A stretch of 47,043 nt of DNA from Dimorphilus gyrociliatus (lineage: Eukaryota > Animalia > Annelida), in NCBI GenBank assembly GCA_904063045.1, contig CAJFCJ010000108.1, forward strand, positions 1-47,043, read 5' to 3'. The notes beneath the pieces were generated by a model, which was given only the letters and a program-made list of their open reading frames with translations, was not told where the DNA came from and searched no databases. A program made the translations under genes and the position numbers. Position 1 is the first letter of the stretch. Each line of letters opens with the position of its first letter. Below are positions 23,791-35,930 of this stretch, one piece after another.

Positions 23791-24570
23791 CTAGGTCTAT
23801 TTACATTATTAAAAAAATTAGGAAAGTTCAAAATTGTAGATAGTCTCTACTTGTATTGGACATCTTACTCTCTCAAGTCCAATGTGTTATTACTAAAAAT
23901 TAAGGATAGGGTTATAGAGATAGAGATAGGTGATTGGTGAGTTTATGACATCCAATCATCCATTTACATTTGGTGAATTGTCTAGTTTATGTTTATCTTT
24001 GGTAAAATTGAACAATAAAAGTCCAAGTTAACCTATAACTTGGCCAAAGGTGAATAAATATGTTTCTTAAGCGATTTTAAGTGCTTTTTTTACTATCTTA
24101 TAATAGTTTGGAGTCTAATTAAAAAATAAGGACAGTTGTATAATATAAATGTGCAAGTAGAACTAGTTTTGATAGTTTGAATTTGAGTTTACAGCTTTCT
24201 TTTGACAATATAACATTACTAGTTATAAAAGACTGAAATATCTTAAACCTACAGTTATTTATATATCGAAATTGTTAAATATTTTCAAGTTTCTATTCAA
24301 CAACTTATCAATCTCTCTCTTCGTAAACAGTAGCTGTTTGAAATTTGTTTTATTTTAAATTGTTAGAAAACTGGTTTATCTACAGCTACAATGGTCATTT
24401 TGTCTAGTCTTAAAAATAAAATAAAACTCTTTCTTACTGACAATAATAGTAACTTTAATACATATTAATACAGCTTGTAACATGAAAGAGAAGCTTGAAT
24501 TGGTAAAGTATCTGCTATGTTGTGTGTTAGTGAGTGTCAGTGTGGATGTGTGCGAAAGAGAAGGGGTGAG

Positions 24571-24777
24571 GGGACCGGTGGAAAACGGCCATAAATGAAA
24601 TATTTGAAAGTTAGATTTCAGCCTGGGAAATGGTTAGGAGGAATAAGATAACTGTTGATATGTTCTTAGGAGGGTCCCATCTAAGGGTTAGGGGTATTCA
24701 AAAAGCTTAGGCAAAAACAAGGGCTGGGTTAGGGTTAGGGTAAAACCATAGATTTATGGCTGTTTTCTACCACATCC
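24571..24777 (+). mobile_element. Second full-length copy of the 207-bp MULE-like MITE
   Basis: Nearly identical to 19699-19905 and the same length; has its own 9-bp TSD AGGGGTGAG at 24562-24570 and 24778-24786. Confidence 0.92.
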
Positions 24778-25612
24778 AGGGGTGAGGGTGGGTGACTTGT
24801 GGTCACGTTGTTCAAGTAGAATCTCTTGAGTTATGTTCACCATCTTCTTCAATTGTTCCAACGAATTCTGTTTTAAATCCCTTTTTTCATTGATATGCTG
24901 AAATCTTAAAGAAGATAAGCAATAGAATACCAAGTTATCAGATCAATGTCAACAGATATTGAAGTTTCTTTATAAACTTTAAAAAAGACCTTTATAGATA
25001 ATGTATTAAACAAAAACTGTCTCAACAAAAGCATAAAATAATAGGCATTGCTAAGGGATAAATTAATACAGATCAATGCTAAAGAAGAAACAAACGCACA
25101 GCATTTACAGTTGTTTTTTTCAATAATCTTCTTAGAATTGCAATTGCCTTTAAAATATCCTTTTGAGATTGAATAGTTGAAAATGTAGTTGAATGGCTGA
25201 ATGAAATGAAATAGCATCCATTTAAAACAATAATATTTTTCTCATCAATTCCATCATTTAAACAAAATGAGTATTGATGGCAAAATTGAATTCCGGTAAA
25301 TAAGCAAAATATTGTATGATATATTTCTTTCAGATTCATCCTTTCATTAAAATCTGTTAAATTAGTAATTTCTATTTCTGTTGAATTTCCTATATAAATA
25401 TTTTTTGAAAATGCATTTTTGCAAAATTCTAAATCTGGATAATAAAAAAAAGGTTTGAATGTAACCCTGATTAAATTTCAAATTTTTCAAAAGTAATGTT
25501 TTTTAAATACACGTATTTGCAACATCATTTTCAAGAAGTCTTTGTCTTTTTTTCCTTTAAATAAAAACATAATTATAGTTTTTCCGCTCTTTGAGTAAAA
25601 TTTTTAAAATTC

Positions 25613-28600
25613 TTACCTCCGCTTTAAAAATTGTTCTTCAACTTCTGAAGATGTATACCAGAATGGATTAAGTAGTGAGTTTAATGGTAAAAGCATGGTT
25701 ATAACCCATATATAGGCATCATTTGAAATGTGGATTTTTATTAGAATTGAAAGGAATCCTTCAAACATTTAAAACTCAGAAGAAGGCACATGTCAGAAAA
25801 ATACTATACATTACCTAAAAGCGAGATAGGGAACCATACTAATACATTTGACATTGATATTAGTATAACTCTATTCATTACAGAAGAGTAGATTTTTTTA
25901 CTATGTCTAAACTTTCCATTACCATTCCACAAATGGAACAATAATTTTCCGTAAATAACACAAATTGCCATGGAAACTAAAAGTTGAAGGCAGCTTTGAA
26001 CAAAAAATGAAAATATCCATCCATCAACTTTAATACTTCTTATAAAAAAGTTTAAACAAATTGGAAAGTTTGAATAATAATTCTAAAGAGGGAAAATGTT
26101 TTAAATATTTTGAAGGAAAACATTGTTGCTTACAGTATAAAATCCATATGGAAAAATGGAGAGAAAGAGTGATATTAGGTGGAATGTTATAATGATGGCG
26201 AAAACTATAGAAAATGTTCCAAAATGATTTTTGAATGGATATTTTATGACAAGATATCTTTCAACTGATATTATAAGAATAATAAATGAAGATTGAGTAA
26301 TTGAATAGGAGACTAATAAGCCAATAACATTGCATTGAAGTGATTTCCTCCAAACAGGATCAAAAAAGAGGTAATCACCTCTATATTCGATATCTTTAAT
26401 TGCTAGAATAATGAACGCAATATTAATCGTTATATCGCTAATTGGAAGAGAAATCGAGAAGAAATGCGATTTTCTCTTAAATTTAACAAGACAAAAAATA
26501 ATCGATGTTAAATTGCCAATTACACCAAAAACATTAATTAACCAATTGGTTACTCTCAGACTAATTGAAATGAGTAAATCTGAACAAGATGTAAACAATG
26601 CAGATGAAGGATGACATTCAACATTTGATCCAAAATTCTTCCAAAAATAACAACAAATCATAAAATATTTACTTGAAACTTTTTGAATTGACTTGAAATA
26701 TTGAAAAGTATTTAATTGATTTCCAATTATTTTTGAATTATTTAAATATAGTTTTAAAACTTTTTGAATATTTTTAAAACTTGTTTCATCAATCTTTGAA
26801 ATAAAACAATTAATTATAATTAATGTTTTCAAATTCAAATTTTTTTCAAAATGATTTCTTGTTATGAAATTTAATGTAACATTGTTGAGTAGTATTAAAG
26901 TTACATTGGGGAATTGTTTAAATGATCCTTTACTGATGTCTTTTGAATAAACATTTACTAATGAAAAGTTTTGAAGCATTAGCATTTCTTTTCCGTAATT
27001 GAAATAATTGAAATATTTAAAATTCATATTTGCTCCTGTGAAACTAATTAAATTCGGAAATTTATGATTAATTTGGCAATTAATTAGGTCAGAGTTATTT
27101 ATAGAAAGTTTAAGAATACTCTTAAAATTTGAATTAAACTCGATTGTTAATGAATGGAGAGTCAATTGTTTATAAAATAAGCTTGGAATATGATTAATAA
27201 ACTTCATGACCTTGGCCTTATTACCATAGCAATAAATAGTTCTATTTGTCATTTGTAGTTGGCAATTAATGTTGAACTGTACAATTGTACAACCCAATTC
27301 ATCACTTCCATCTTTACAGTCAACAATTTTATCACAAATTTTATTAGTTGGGATATAAATGTTAAATTTTTCACATTTAAAATATCCGGGTAGTATAAAC
27401 TGGTCTGTTATGTGCGTTTGTGTTTAGTTTTTACAAGAAGGTTTTATTTTGTGTTAAATTTAAACAACTACCACAATGAATTTCATCATCTCCATTCCTA
27501 CAATGACTTATACCATCACACACCAAACTCATTGGTATGCAGTAATGATCTTCAGAACATGAATATGTTCCATTTTTGCATTTAGTATCAACACAATTCC
27601 AATTTGTTTGTATAAAATTAGATCTTGTCAATGTTATACCATTTAGAATATTATAATGTAAATAACAAAAATTTTCAAATTTTTGACAAGCTACATCAAT
27701 TTTATCTTTTAACTTGAGCAATATTTATTTCATATTCTTTAAGAAATTACTAACCCAGATCGATGCAATTATCTTGGCTTTCATCACTAAAATCTTCACA
27801 TTTAACATATTTATTACATATTTCAGCTTCTGATAAACATTTTGAATTGTCACAATGGTGAAGTCCTTTTTGGCATAGACCTGTTTTTATAAAGATAATT
27901 CTTGAAAGTTTTATTTAAAAAAAAAAACACAAACACAAATTTACCTAAATCTTCGGAAAGCACTTGTCTACATTGTTCATCAGAGAAATCTATACAATTC
28001 GGCTCTGCATTACAAATATCTTTGTCATTAATACATTCCATATTCAAACATCTAAAATTAGGTGAAGGATTGTTTTCTTTTTTATAAAGTATAATGTTTT
28101 CTTAAACCTTTTAATAGTTGAACAATCATACCAGTCTGAGAGGTGTTTTTGTATTATTCTTTAAAATTATTATATATAGGCCTACTTTACCGCAAAACGT
28201 TTCGTCGCTACCGTCGAAACAATCATTTTTATGATTACAAACATACTGATAAGGAATCGTAATGGTATTCGAACAGGTGAAAGTGTAAATTGCCAAACAA
28301 TTTTCTTCGTCTTCACCGGAAAAACAATGAAAAATTCCATCGCAAATAAATTGTATATTAATAAAGAAATTATCTCTAAAGCATAGAAACAATTGCTGTG
28401 ATGATGTTGATGAAGGTATTGTAGGCCTAATTAAACTTCTTTCCTTAACTATATCTAAAAGAAAATGTTTAAAACGGTCAAGGTCGTTTTATTGTTGAAA
28501 ACAAAAATAATACAAGATTGTCTTTGGCAAATAAAACTTGAAAAATAATAAAAACAGTTTGAATTTTCAATTTGGACAAAATTTTCTTTTCTACTAATTA

Positions 28601-31192
28601 CAGTGCAATTTGTAGTAAACTTTATAATAGAGGATAATCCATCAAAACAACTGGTTTTAAATTTGATTGGTATTTCAGAAACTTTATGGCCTAAATACTC
28701 AATTGGATATTTATAACCAGAAGAGGATACTTTTTCATTTACATTCAGTTTTGAAATTATGTTGGCTGACACTACTCACAAAGACAAAAGAATTTTAAAT
28801 TTTAAATTTAAATGTTTAAAAGGGAAATATTATTTTTTTCACTTGTTGGAGCTTGTTTCTTTTTATACATATTATTTTGTATTAAATAATTAAACAATTG
28901 GAATGTTGATAAAAATGCCGTGTCTAATAGGTAAAAATTATTTTTTAAACAATATTCATTTGCCTCTGCAAAGGTGAAGGTCATATTTCCTTCAACAGTA
29001 AAATAACAATTTCCATGAACATTGAAATGATGATTTCTACAATCTGGAAAGAGAGAGTTGAATATTTCAGATTCATTGATTTGTTAAACATGGGGCCGAC
29101 AGAAAATGTCCACAAGTCAGATATTTGAAAGTAACATTTTGGATTGCAAAATGGTTAAGAGGAGTAAAGTTGTAATTGATTTATAGTTAGGAGGATTCAA
29201 TCTAAGGGTTAGGGGTAATCAAAAAGCCAGCATCTGGGGACGTTTTCTGTCGCATCCTTGAAATATTCTTTTTTGTAAAACTTGTTGGAAAACTAAACTA
29301 TATTCAACCGAATTTGTGCATTTAAGAAATATTGGATTCATATCAATTGATAAAGCGTCATGTATATATCCATCCTCTAAAAGTTCAAACCTAGTTGATA
29401 CCCAGTCAGTTATAAAAATATCATTATGATATGTTTTTAGACATGTTTTTATATCCTGAATTGAGCCTATACACTTTTCTTTTAAAAATGGAAAATGAAA
29501 TTGTAATTCATTGGAATTTGTTGAAACTAGATGATAAAATATATTTTTATTAAACACCAATGTTCCAGATTTAAATCCAAAATAGCGACAGAATGTAATT
29601 GCTGAAAGATGTGTTATGTCATTAATTGGGAAATAGTAAAATATGTTTTCAACTGAATATTGAATCATTCCCATTATATCATTTATATTTTTTGATTGAT
29701 TTTTATAAAGACCACGGTTTGGGTAAGAAAGCAACCGAAATTCAAAATCTAAAAATAAATATTTGAACATTCAATAATTGATTTTTTTTATTTTAAATTT
29801 TGTATTAGTTTTCTTCACCTGGAATATTTACTAAATCTTCACAAGCAACAAAGAGTATAAATGCTTTACGGTTCCATCCTTCATATCTACATCCAGAAAG
29901 AAATGACCCATCTTTACTGGAACAGTTTGTAAAACTGTAAAAGTTAATTCCATATTTCTTGAAATAGAAATGTTTCCTACAATTCCCTACAATCTACACG
30001 AAAGGCAAGAATTTTTTTTGATTATTTAGAAAAAATCAAACAAAACATAAATAACAATATTCTGGCTTAATTTTCTATAGGCCTGAGTTTTGAGTGTTTT
30101 CCCGAAGAGTTTGCATATAAATTTACCAGTTGAAAATACCTCTTGACTTGATATTGCTAATGGCAAGAAGCCATGAGTTTTTGAATAGAGTAGTGGTGAA
30201 AAATAATTTCTAAATAGTTTGTAGGTAAATTTTTCTTTGAAATATTTCGATGGAGGAAAAATTTTTAAATCTGAAGAAGAAAAGCTTAGTTAAACAACAA
30301 ATGACAAGCAAAATGATTAAAAAAGTGTCCACTATTCTTATAGGGTTATCCTATGATGTATAAACCTTTTATCTGTTCAAAATTACATTGACATTTAAAC
30401 AAATTCCCAACTGATTTGAGTGAAAATTGATCTCTATAATAATATAATCTAGGAGAAGAGATGACTTTTATATTTGACCTTAAAATTCCAGAATTTAAAA
30501 AAAATTCAGATGCTGCACAAATTTTGAGTGTGTCATTTTTAGAACAATAAATCTCGTGAACAAATTTATTATTTCTCAAATATGGATAATAGACTTCATT
30601 CTCAATATTTTCTATTGTAAATATATCTAAAGTGGAAAGATGTTTTGACATTAATTCTTTAAATATTACACGAATAGGCTTTACATTTCTTTTTGAAACA
30701 TTTCAAACAAGTTATTCCTTCAGATATTTTCTTAGAATCTAGACTAAAAAGATAATATTTAATTAACAATTTAATTATTTCAACATTATCAAACATTTAC
30801 AACGAACAGCATGGTTTATGACTCTCTAGACGTGGTAGCCTTGTTGCTATGGTAACAATTTTTGTATTTAAAGTATTATATTAATATATTTTGAGTAGTA
30901 TTAAAATACCATTCGACACTTGACAATCTTCTTGTACAATATGTAAATCATCATAATTCCATTGATGACATAATTCTAAAAGTGAAACTTTCAAATGATC
31001 TGGACAGTTTGAAATGGAGATAAAATATTTTTGTTTATCATTTGCAGATAAAAAGGCAATTTTTCCAAAACTATATGTATATGTTTCATTTATAATATCA
31101 AGATACAATTTACCAGGAATAGTAATTTCTTCTGTTTCTTTTATAAGAAACCAATATAGACAAATTGATGAAATTTTTTGAAAAAAATTCAT
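25613..31192 (-). CDS. LDLa-LRR rhodopsin-class GPCR (GRL101/RXFP-type) with extra SRCR-like and lectin-like N-terminal modules; multi-exon
   Basis: SRCR-like TFCRYFGFKSG...CIG; several LDLa repeats (CDGIFHCFSGEDEENC, CDGISHCRNGDDEIHC); LRRs; hinge ICC...CHP...CSDL; 7TM with ERY, WFP and PLNSLLNPFWY. The 7TM exons splice in frame. There is an apparent frame break near 30660, so intactness is not confirmed. Confidence 0.85.
29140..29230 (+). mobile_element. Internal fragment of the MITE family inside the first receptor gene
   Basis: AAATGGTTAAGAGGAG...TTAGGAGGATTCAATCTAAGGGTTAGGGGTAATCAAAAAG matches the MITE interior. Confidence 0.65.
30843..30856. promoter_or_regulatory. RFX X-box consensus match in intron 1 of the - strand receptor gene
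   Basis: GTTGCTATGGTAAC is a canonical X-box and lies in the first intron (about 30909-30740). Confidence 0.55.
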
Positions 31193-32428
31193 AGTTTTCG
31201 TTTAGGTTTATTTTTTAAAAATACAAGAAAAATATCTTTATTATTGCAAATTCATTCTTTTTAAAATTAAATAGTAATTAACTGATTTCGTTTTATTACT
31301 GTATTAAATTACTTAATTGCGCATTCTTTATTGAAAAGTTTTCACTAATTAGTACTTTCTGTACTTGAAGCTTTTCAGAGATAATTGTTTTTTCTTTTGA
31401 ATATGTATATATAAATATATATATGGTATTTTTTCCCATATAATTGCCTTGTGACCTTGACATTGATATAAACACTTGTAATTAGTTTTGGTAATAATTG
31501 GCATATTAAATAGCAAATAGTTTTATATAGAATAATTAAGTGGACATAGTTACTCTATTACAAATTTATACATCCTATAATTCCATAATTAATCTTAACT
31601 CGTTGAAAGACAGAAACAACTTGGAGAGATGTTCAGATGCAAAAGAAGAAACTCTCCTTTACGTATTTAGAAATTTAGGCATTCTTTCTCTTCCCCTGGC
31701 CTTTCTAAATATACATAAACATGTAAAATGTTAAGAAAAATTCATTAAGCGTCAATTCTTAATGGTAAAATGGCCGCTATGTTTCATAAGCCATCGCTGG
31801 ACTAATATCTCAAAAAGTAATAGGTAAATGGACTAAAATGAATAGAAAATAGGCAATAAATAACGATCATAGCCAGAGTAATCAGTGTCAATGTAAAAGA
31901 TAGTACTGCAATTATCAGGAAAATTGATTGAGTTAAAACAATGCAATTTTAAAAGGCTATACCAGTTTGATGAAGGAGAAAATAGCTTAAATATTAGTAA
32001 TATACTTCCTTACCTACTCTAATTTACGCTTAGTTGAGGGCCACCTAACAATAGAATAACAGTTTATTTATTTTTCGAAGCCCAATTTCAAACTAAACTT
32101 CAACCTCAAAGTTTGGCAGGAATCAAGGTCTTCTGTCAATCCCATGTGTTTTATACTTTTCAATCTAGTAGAAAATATAAGGTGAGCATCCGGCTATACA
32201 ACTGAGCAGACCTATTTTTTTTGTCAAAAAATATCTTGAGTAAAACACACCAAACAAATATGTAAAAGATTATTACATAATCGTGCTAATTTACATTTTT
32301 CTTTAATAAATTTTAATATTAAATATTACCCAACAATAGGCCTATAGCCTATTCTATACATTAAATAGATCATACCGAAAATAATGGGCTTAATTATTGT
32401 GTTTAAATTATAACACTATTATACTGTT

Positions 32429-32566
32429 AACTGATCGTTTACACATTGTGTGCTAGCATGAGTCAGTGAATTTATGTCGGTATGCTAGCGTCCCTTAAAG
32501 GGGGAGCTTGACTTAGCCAAAGCTAGGATAGTCGAGTTGACTTGACGTCACATCACCGGGGTAAAT
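32429..32566. repeat. Left arm of an about 130-bp inverted repeat (partner 34837-34964)
   Basis: The 37-bp core CTTAAAGGGGGAGCTTGACTTAGCCAAAGCTAGGATA is identical in both arms; about 90% identity over about 110 bp, plus one indel. Confidence 0.92.
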
Positions 32567-32593
32567 AACGATGTGGCGCGAACGTGGCGCGAA
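32543..32593 (+). promoter_or_regulatory. CRE plus tandem E2F-like sites
   Basis: TGACGTCA at 32543-32550; GTGGCGCGAA at 32573-32582 and 32584-32593, in a CpG-rich patch of an otherwise CpG-poor window. Confidence 0.4.
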
Positions 32594-32606
32594 TCTTGTA
32601 CCACGA

Positions 32607-32816
32607 ATGAGCACAGTCAAGCACCCAATAAGCAAGGTACAAAAGAGAGTGAATGTATCAGAACAGTGCGAGAAAGCAACGAGTACTTTAAATATAATTT
32701 TAGACAGAATTTCGGACAATTCCGTCATACAAGCGATAAAAAAGCTTGTAAACAAGATTGCAGAGTTAGAAGTTTTTGAAGTAAATCTCTCTTTTTTACA
32801 TAATATAAACTATTAA
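32607..32816 (+). CDS. Short helical ORF or first exon of unknown function
   Basis: MSTVKHPISKVQKRV...IQAIKKLVNKIAELEVFE, with a possible donor GAA|GTAAAT at 32780/32781; begins just after the CRE/E2F patch. Confidence 0.3.
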   Translation: MSTVKHPISKVQKRVNVSEQCEKATSTLNIILDRISDNSVIQAIKKLVNKIAELEVFEVNLSFLHNINY

Positions 32817-33130
32817 AAAAATCAATGATAAGTGACCGCAAAAGCAAGAAATTTACTGAATATTTAACTGAATTATTTTTAAATAATTTCTGTATTAAAA
32901 TATTCAAAAAATTTCTTTCTAATATTTTTTTTCTTTGAGTTAGTTAATAATTAGGCCTATTGTTTTCAGTAAGACCTATTTAATTTATAGAATAGGCTAT
33001 AGGCCTGTTGTTAGGTAATATTTTTTAACAAAGATATTCTGGAAGAGTAAAAGAATAGTGTGTATTGATATAACTTAGACAGAAAGTAACAGCAATATTA
33101 ATAAAGACAACTCAAAATGTTTCTCTCATA

Positions 33131-34141
33131 TCACTTATGTAATAAATATGTTTCAATTTCGCAAAGTTTCACTGAGCTATTCAAGAGATTATTGTGAAAA
33201 ATATCAATAAATATCTCGTTTGATCTTTGCTGGCAATAAAAATTTAAATAACTCCCTTTTTTACATAATAAAACTTTTCCGTGTTGATTGAGTAGTTTTG
33301 AATAAATTGTTACTGATAAAGTATTATTAAAAGATGATATTATATTAATATTCTGAAAGTAAGGAAATTGAATTTGCATATACGATTTGTAGGCAATTTC
33401 AATGCAAGTTTCTCTATCTTTGTCAATAAGAACATTTACATCTTGATTGCATTTACTCTTTGATAATACTCTTATCTTTTCATCTATTTTATTTCTGCAC
33501 TTCAAAGGTTTAACAATATGTTTGGCCCACTCACCAGCATCGTTTAAATCGCCGTATGTGATTCGAACTAGCGGTAGTCTCTTGGAGAAAACTGATAGTT
33601 TACCAGAAAGAAGATAATTTTGATTATTGGCATGTGATCCAGTATCAATGCATTTCTTAGTTTTATCATTTGTACACACCTCAGATGTTATACATTTACA
33701 AAAACCGTCGTTAGCTCCATGTAAATTATAGATTGTTTCATCGAGAAACTTAAAAGATAGTAATGAGGATATAGTACCTTCGGTTTTAAGGTACATGTCT
33801 TGGGAACAATTGCCAGAATTTAAAACTATTTCTCTTAATTCAGTAAAATTTAACGTTGAATATGAAATATCAATATCTTTAGTAGCAAAGTCGCCTAGCG
33901 ATGTTGTCCTGATTATAACATCTTGCTGTCCACTAGCATCAATTTCAATTTGAGCATATCCACCAGCCACAAAAGAGCACACAACCGTAGCTATATTACC
34001 ATTTGTTAAAGGTTGAATTTGATATGTGGAAGTATTGTAATCATTCAAAAGAAGAGCAGCTAAACAACTGCTGTAAACTGGTGTTGAGCATTCAACTGTT
34101 ACAAAAAATTGTAAAAATAGAGTAAAAGAGATGAAATACAT
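33131..34141 (-). CDS. Intronless secreted protein with a CASPR/Neurexin-IV-type fibrinogen-like (COLFI-related) domain and a C-terminal galactose-binding-like module
   Basis: Signal peptide MYFISFTLFLQFFVTVEC from ATG 34141; SC...YQIQP...VVC; ISYS...LREIV..S..CSQ; CKC....C; KRLPLVRITYGD...IVKPLKC. Confidence 0.8.
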   Translation of the reverse strand: MYFISFTLFLQFFVTVECSTPVYSSCLAALLLNDYNTSTYQIQPLTNGNIATVVCSFVAGGYAQIEIDASGQQDVIIRTTSLGDFATKDIDISYSTLNFTELREIVLNSGNCSQDMYLKTEGTISSLLSFKFLDETIYNLHGANDGFCKCITSEVCTNDKTKKCIDTGSHANNQNYLLSGKLSVFSKRLPLVRITYGDLNDAGEWAKHIVKPLKCRNKIDEKIRVLSKSKCNQDVNVLIDKDRETCIEIAYKSYMQIQFPYFQNINIISSFNNTLSVTIYSKLLNQHGKVLLCKKGSYLNFYCQQRSNEIFIDIFHNNLLNSSVKLCEIETYLLHK

Positions 34142-34836
34142 ATCAGTATTAAGACTAAGAGAATCAGTGTCACTGTCTTTCTGACATAACATCAAGTCTT
34201 TTTAATTAAAGAAAATGCCAATTATTAATCAATTAATCAAACAATCAATAAATTCATTGATAATGTATGAATCACGTGATAAATTTGAGATTTCAATATA
34301 AGATTATAAAAAATTTAAAAATTCTAAATCCATTAGCTTTGCTAATATAAAATGAATCCTGGGTATCCATTCTCTCTTCCTTATGCAAATTACAAAAGAC
34401 AAACGATTGATTACTTGACGCCATTGTCTTGTGTTATAATAGGGTTAACACTGATTAACTTTACATTTACTGTAGAAAGTTGTATACAAATCTTTTTTAT
34501 CATCATAATCATAGGTTTATATAATCTAATGTTAGGCTACAATCAAGTAGGCATAAACAAACTCAGTGAGAATGAATCATAAGGTAAATTTTAATTATGG
34601 AAAGTTCTGGAATTAATTTTGCTGTATATGAATTAAATTATTTAATTGAATTTAAATTATTCAAGAATTTTCAGACTTTTATAGACTTATTCATAAGGAA
34701 TAAAATATATATTTTTTTCCCTTTGAAACATATCCTGGGGACATATACCAAACAGGTATGGTTGAAAATGTCAACAAATTTACGGCATTATAAAATAAAT
34801 GAAAATCTTTGCATTTTGTTTTGCACGAGAGACTTA

Positions 34837-34964
34837 ATTTACCCCGGTGATTTGACATCAAGTCAACTGGATTATCCTAGCTTTGGCTAAGTCAAGCTCC
34901 CCCTTTAAGTGACGTTAACATACTGACATACATTCACTGACTCATAATGTGTAAACGTTCTGTT
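34837..34964. repeat. Right arm of the inverted repeat (partner 32429-32566)
   Basis: ATTTACCCCGGTGAT...GTGTAAACGTTCTGTT aligns with the reverse complement of the left arm. A related fragment lies at about 22445-22515. Confidence 0.92.
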
Positions 34965-35738
34965 CAACTTTCATTAAAAATATTGTAGAAAAGATGGAAA
35001 AAGAATTTTCCTGAAACGATATGAATAAAGAAAATGACTTATCTTTTCTAAAAATTAAAAATGTTAACTTTCTCATAATTCTGTTTTCGTTTATGAAATA
35101 CAAAAACTTTTCTGGCCTTGAAGACAGAAATGGAATATTTAATTTACATTTTTTTGTAAATGTTTGCTCATCCAAACTATTGATTCAACAAACGCTTGTT
35201 TGTCTTTCCCAAATTTTTTCTTAATATCAGGGAGAATGTCGTTAGCTTTGTAAATTTTCTCGTGCAATGAATCTCAACAGGATTTTCCTGTTGCGTCTTC
35301 AGGAAGGCTTAACTGACCATATGGACATTTCAATACCATCGATCTTCTATCACACCTGAAAATAAAGACAGGGTCTTCCATTTGATCTTTGCGCAAATCA
35401 AGAACAATTTCTAAGGGCTCAACGGACGATTCTATTGACAACTTTGAATTTGAATTTGTTGAAAAACATGATAAACATTTCCAGAGCAATAAGTAATGAA
35501 ATTTTTTTGCCTTGATTCTATTTCTATTATTCTTCATTTTTGTCCTTTTTGCAAAAGCAAAATCTTTCTCTTTTATCTGAAAATTAAAACATGTGTTCAA
35601 CAGAATTCAATGATAATTATAAATTGGCTAGTTTTTCAACTGATTCCAATGTTGTTTTCGATAACAGCGATGTAAATTTAAAAGCAATTTCAATTTATAA
35701 TTATTTTTAAAAAATTTACATTTTTTTGCCATTTTCAG

Positions 35739-35930
35739 GATTATTACGAATATGCCAAGACTCACAAAGACACCAATCAACATTCTTGGTTTGCAGTTGA
35801 CCTTGAAAAGACTTATAAAATTGATAGAGTTTGCATTTTTAATGGAAATACTGGCAATGAGTTAGAAATGCTTAATATTTTTGTTGGCAATAAGATAAAT
35901 GATGAATATATTCTTTGTTCTTATGTTCAA
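35739..35930 (+). CDS. Fucolectin/F-type lectin (FTP)-like exon; full gene not resolved
   Basis: After acceptor TTTTCAG: THKDTNQHSWFAVDLEKTYKIDRVCIFN....LEMLNIFVG, matching the FTP W.VDL...I..V.I.N...I.VG pattern. Confidence 0.6.

Noticed and set aside
23622-23940. ORFs 23629-23940 (+) and 23622-23831 (-)
   Set aside because: They overlap the diverged MITE; no protein-like signal.
24900-25450. Coding-like - strand segment, possibly DEG/ENaC-like
   Set aside because: Frameshifted, with no diagnostic motif; family cannot be assigned.
26411-26614. Antisense and alternate-frame ORFs over real exons (also 43778-43969, 15833-16039, 11726-12037, 1736-1933)
   Set aside because: Shadows of coding sequence on the other strand; no motifs of their own.
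31750-31960. Hydrophobic TM-like - strand segment as a GPCR
   Set aside because: One hydrophobic stretch amid stops; expected from T-rich DNA.
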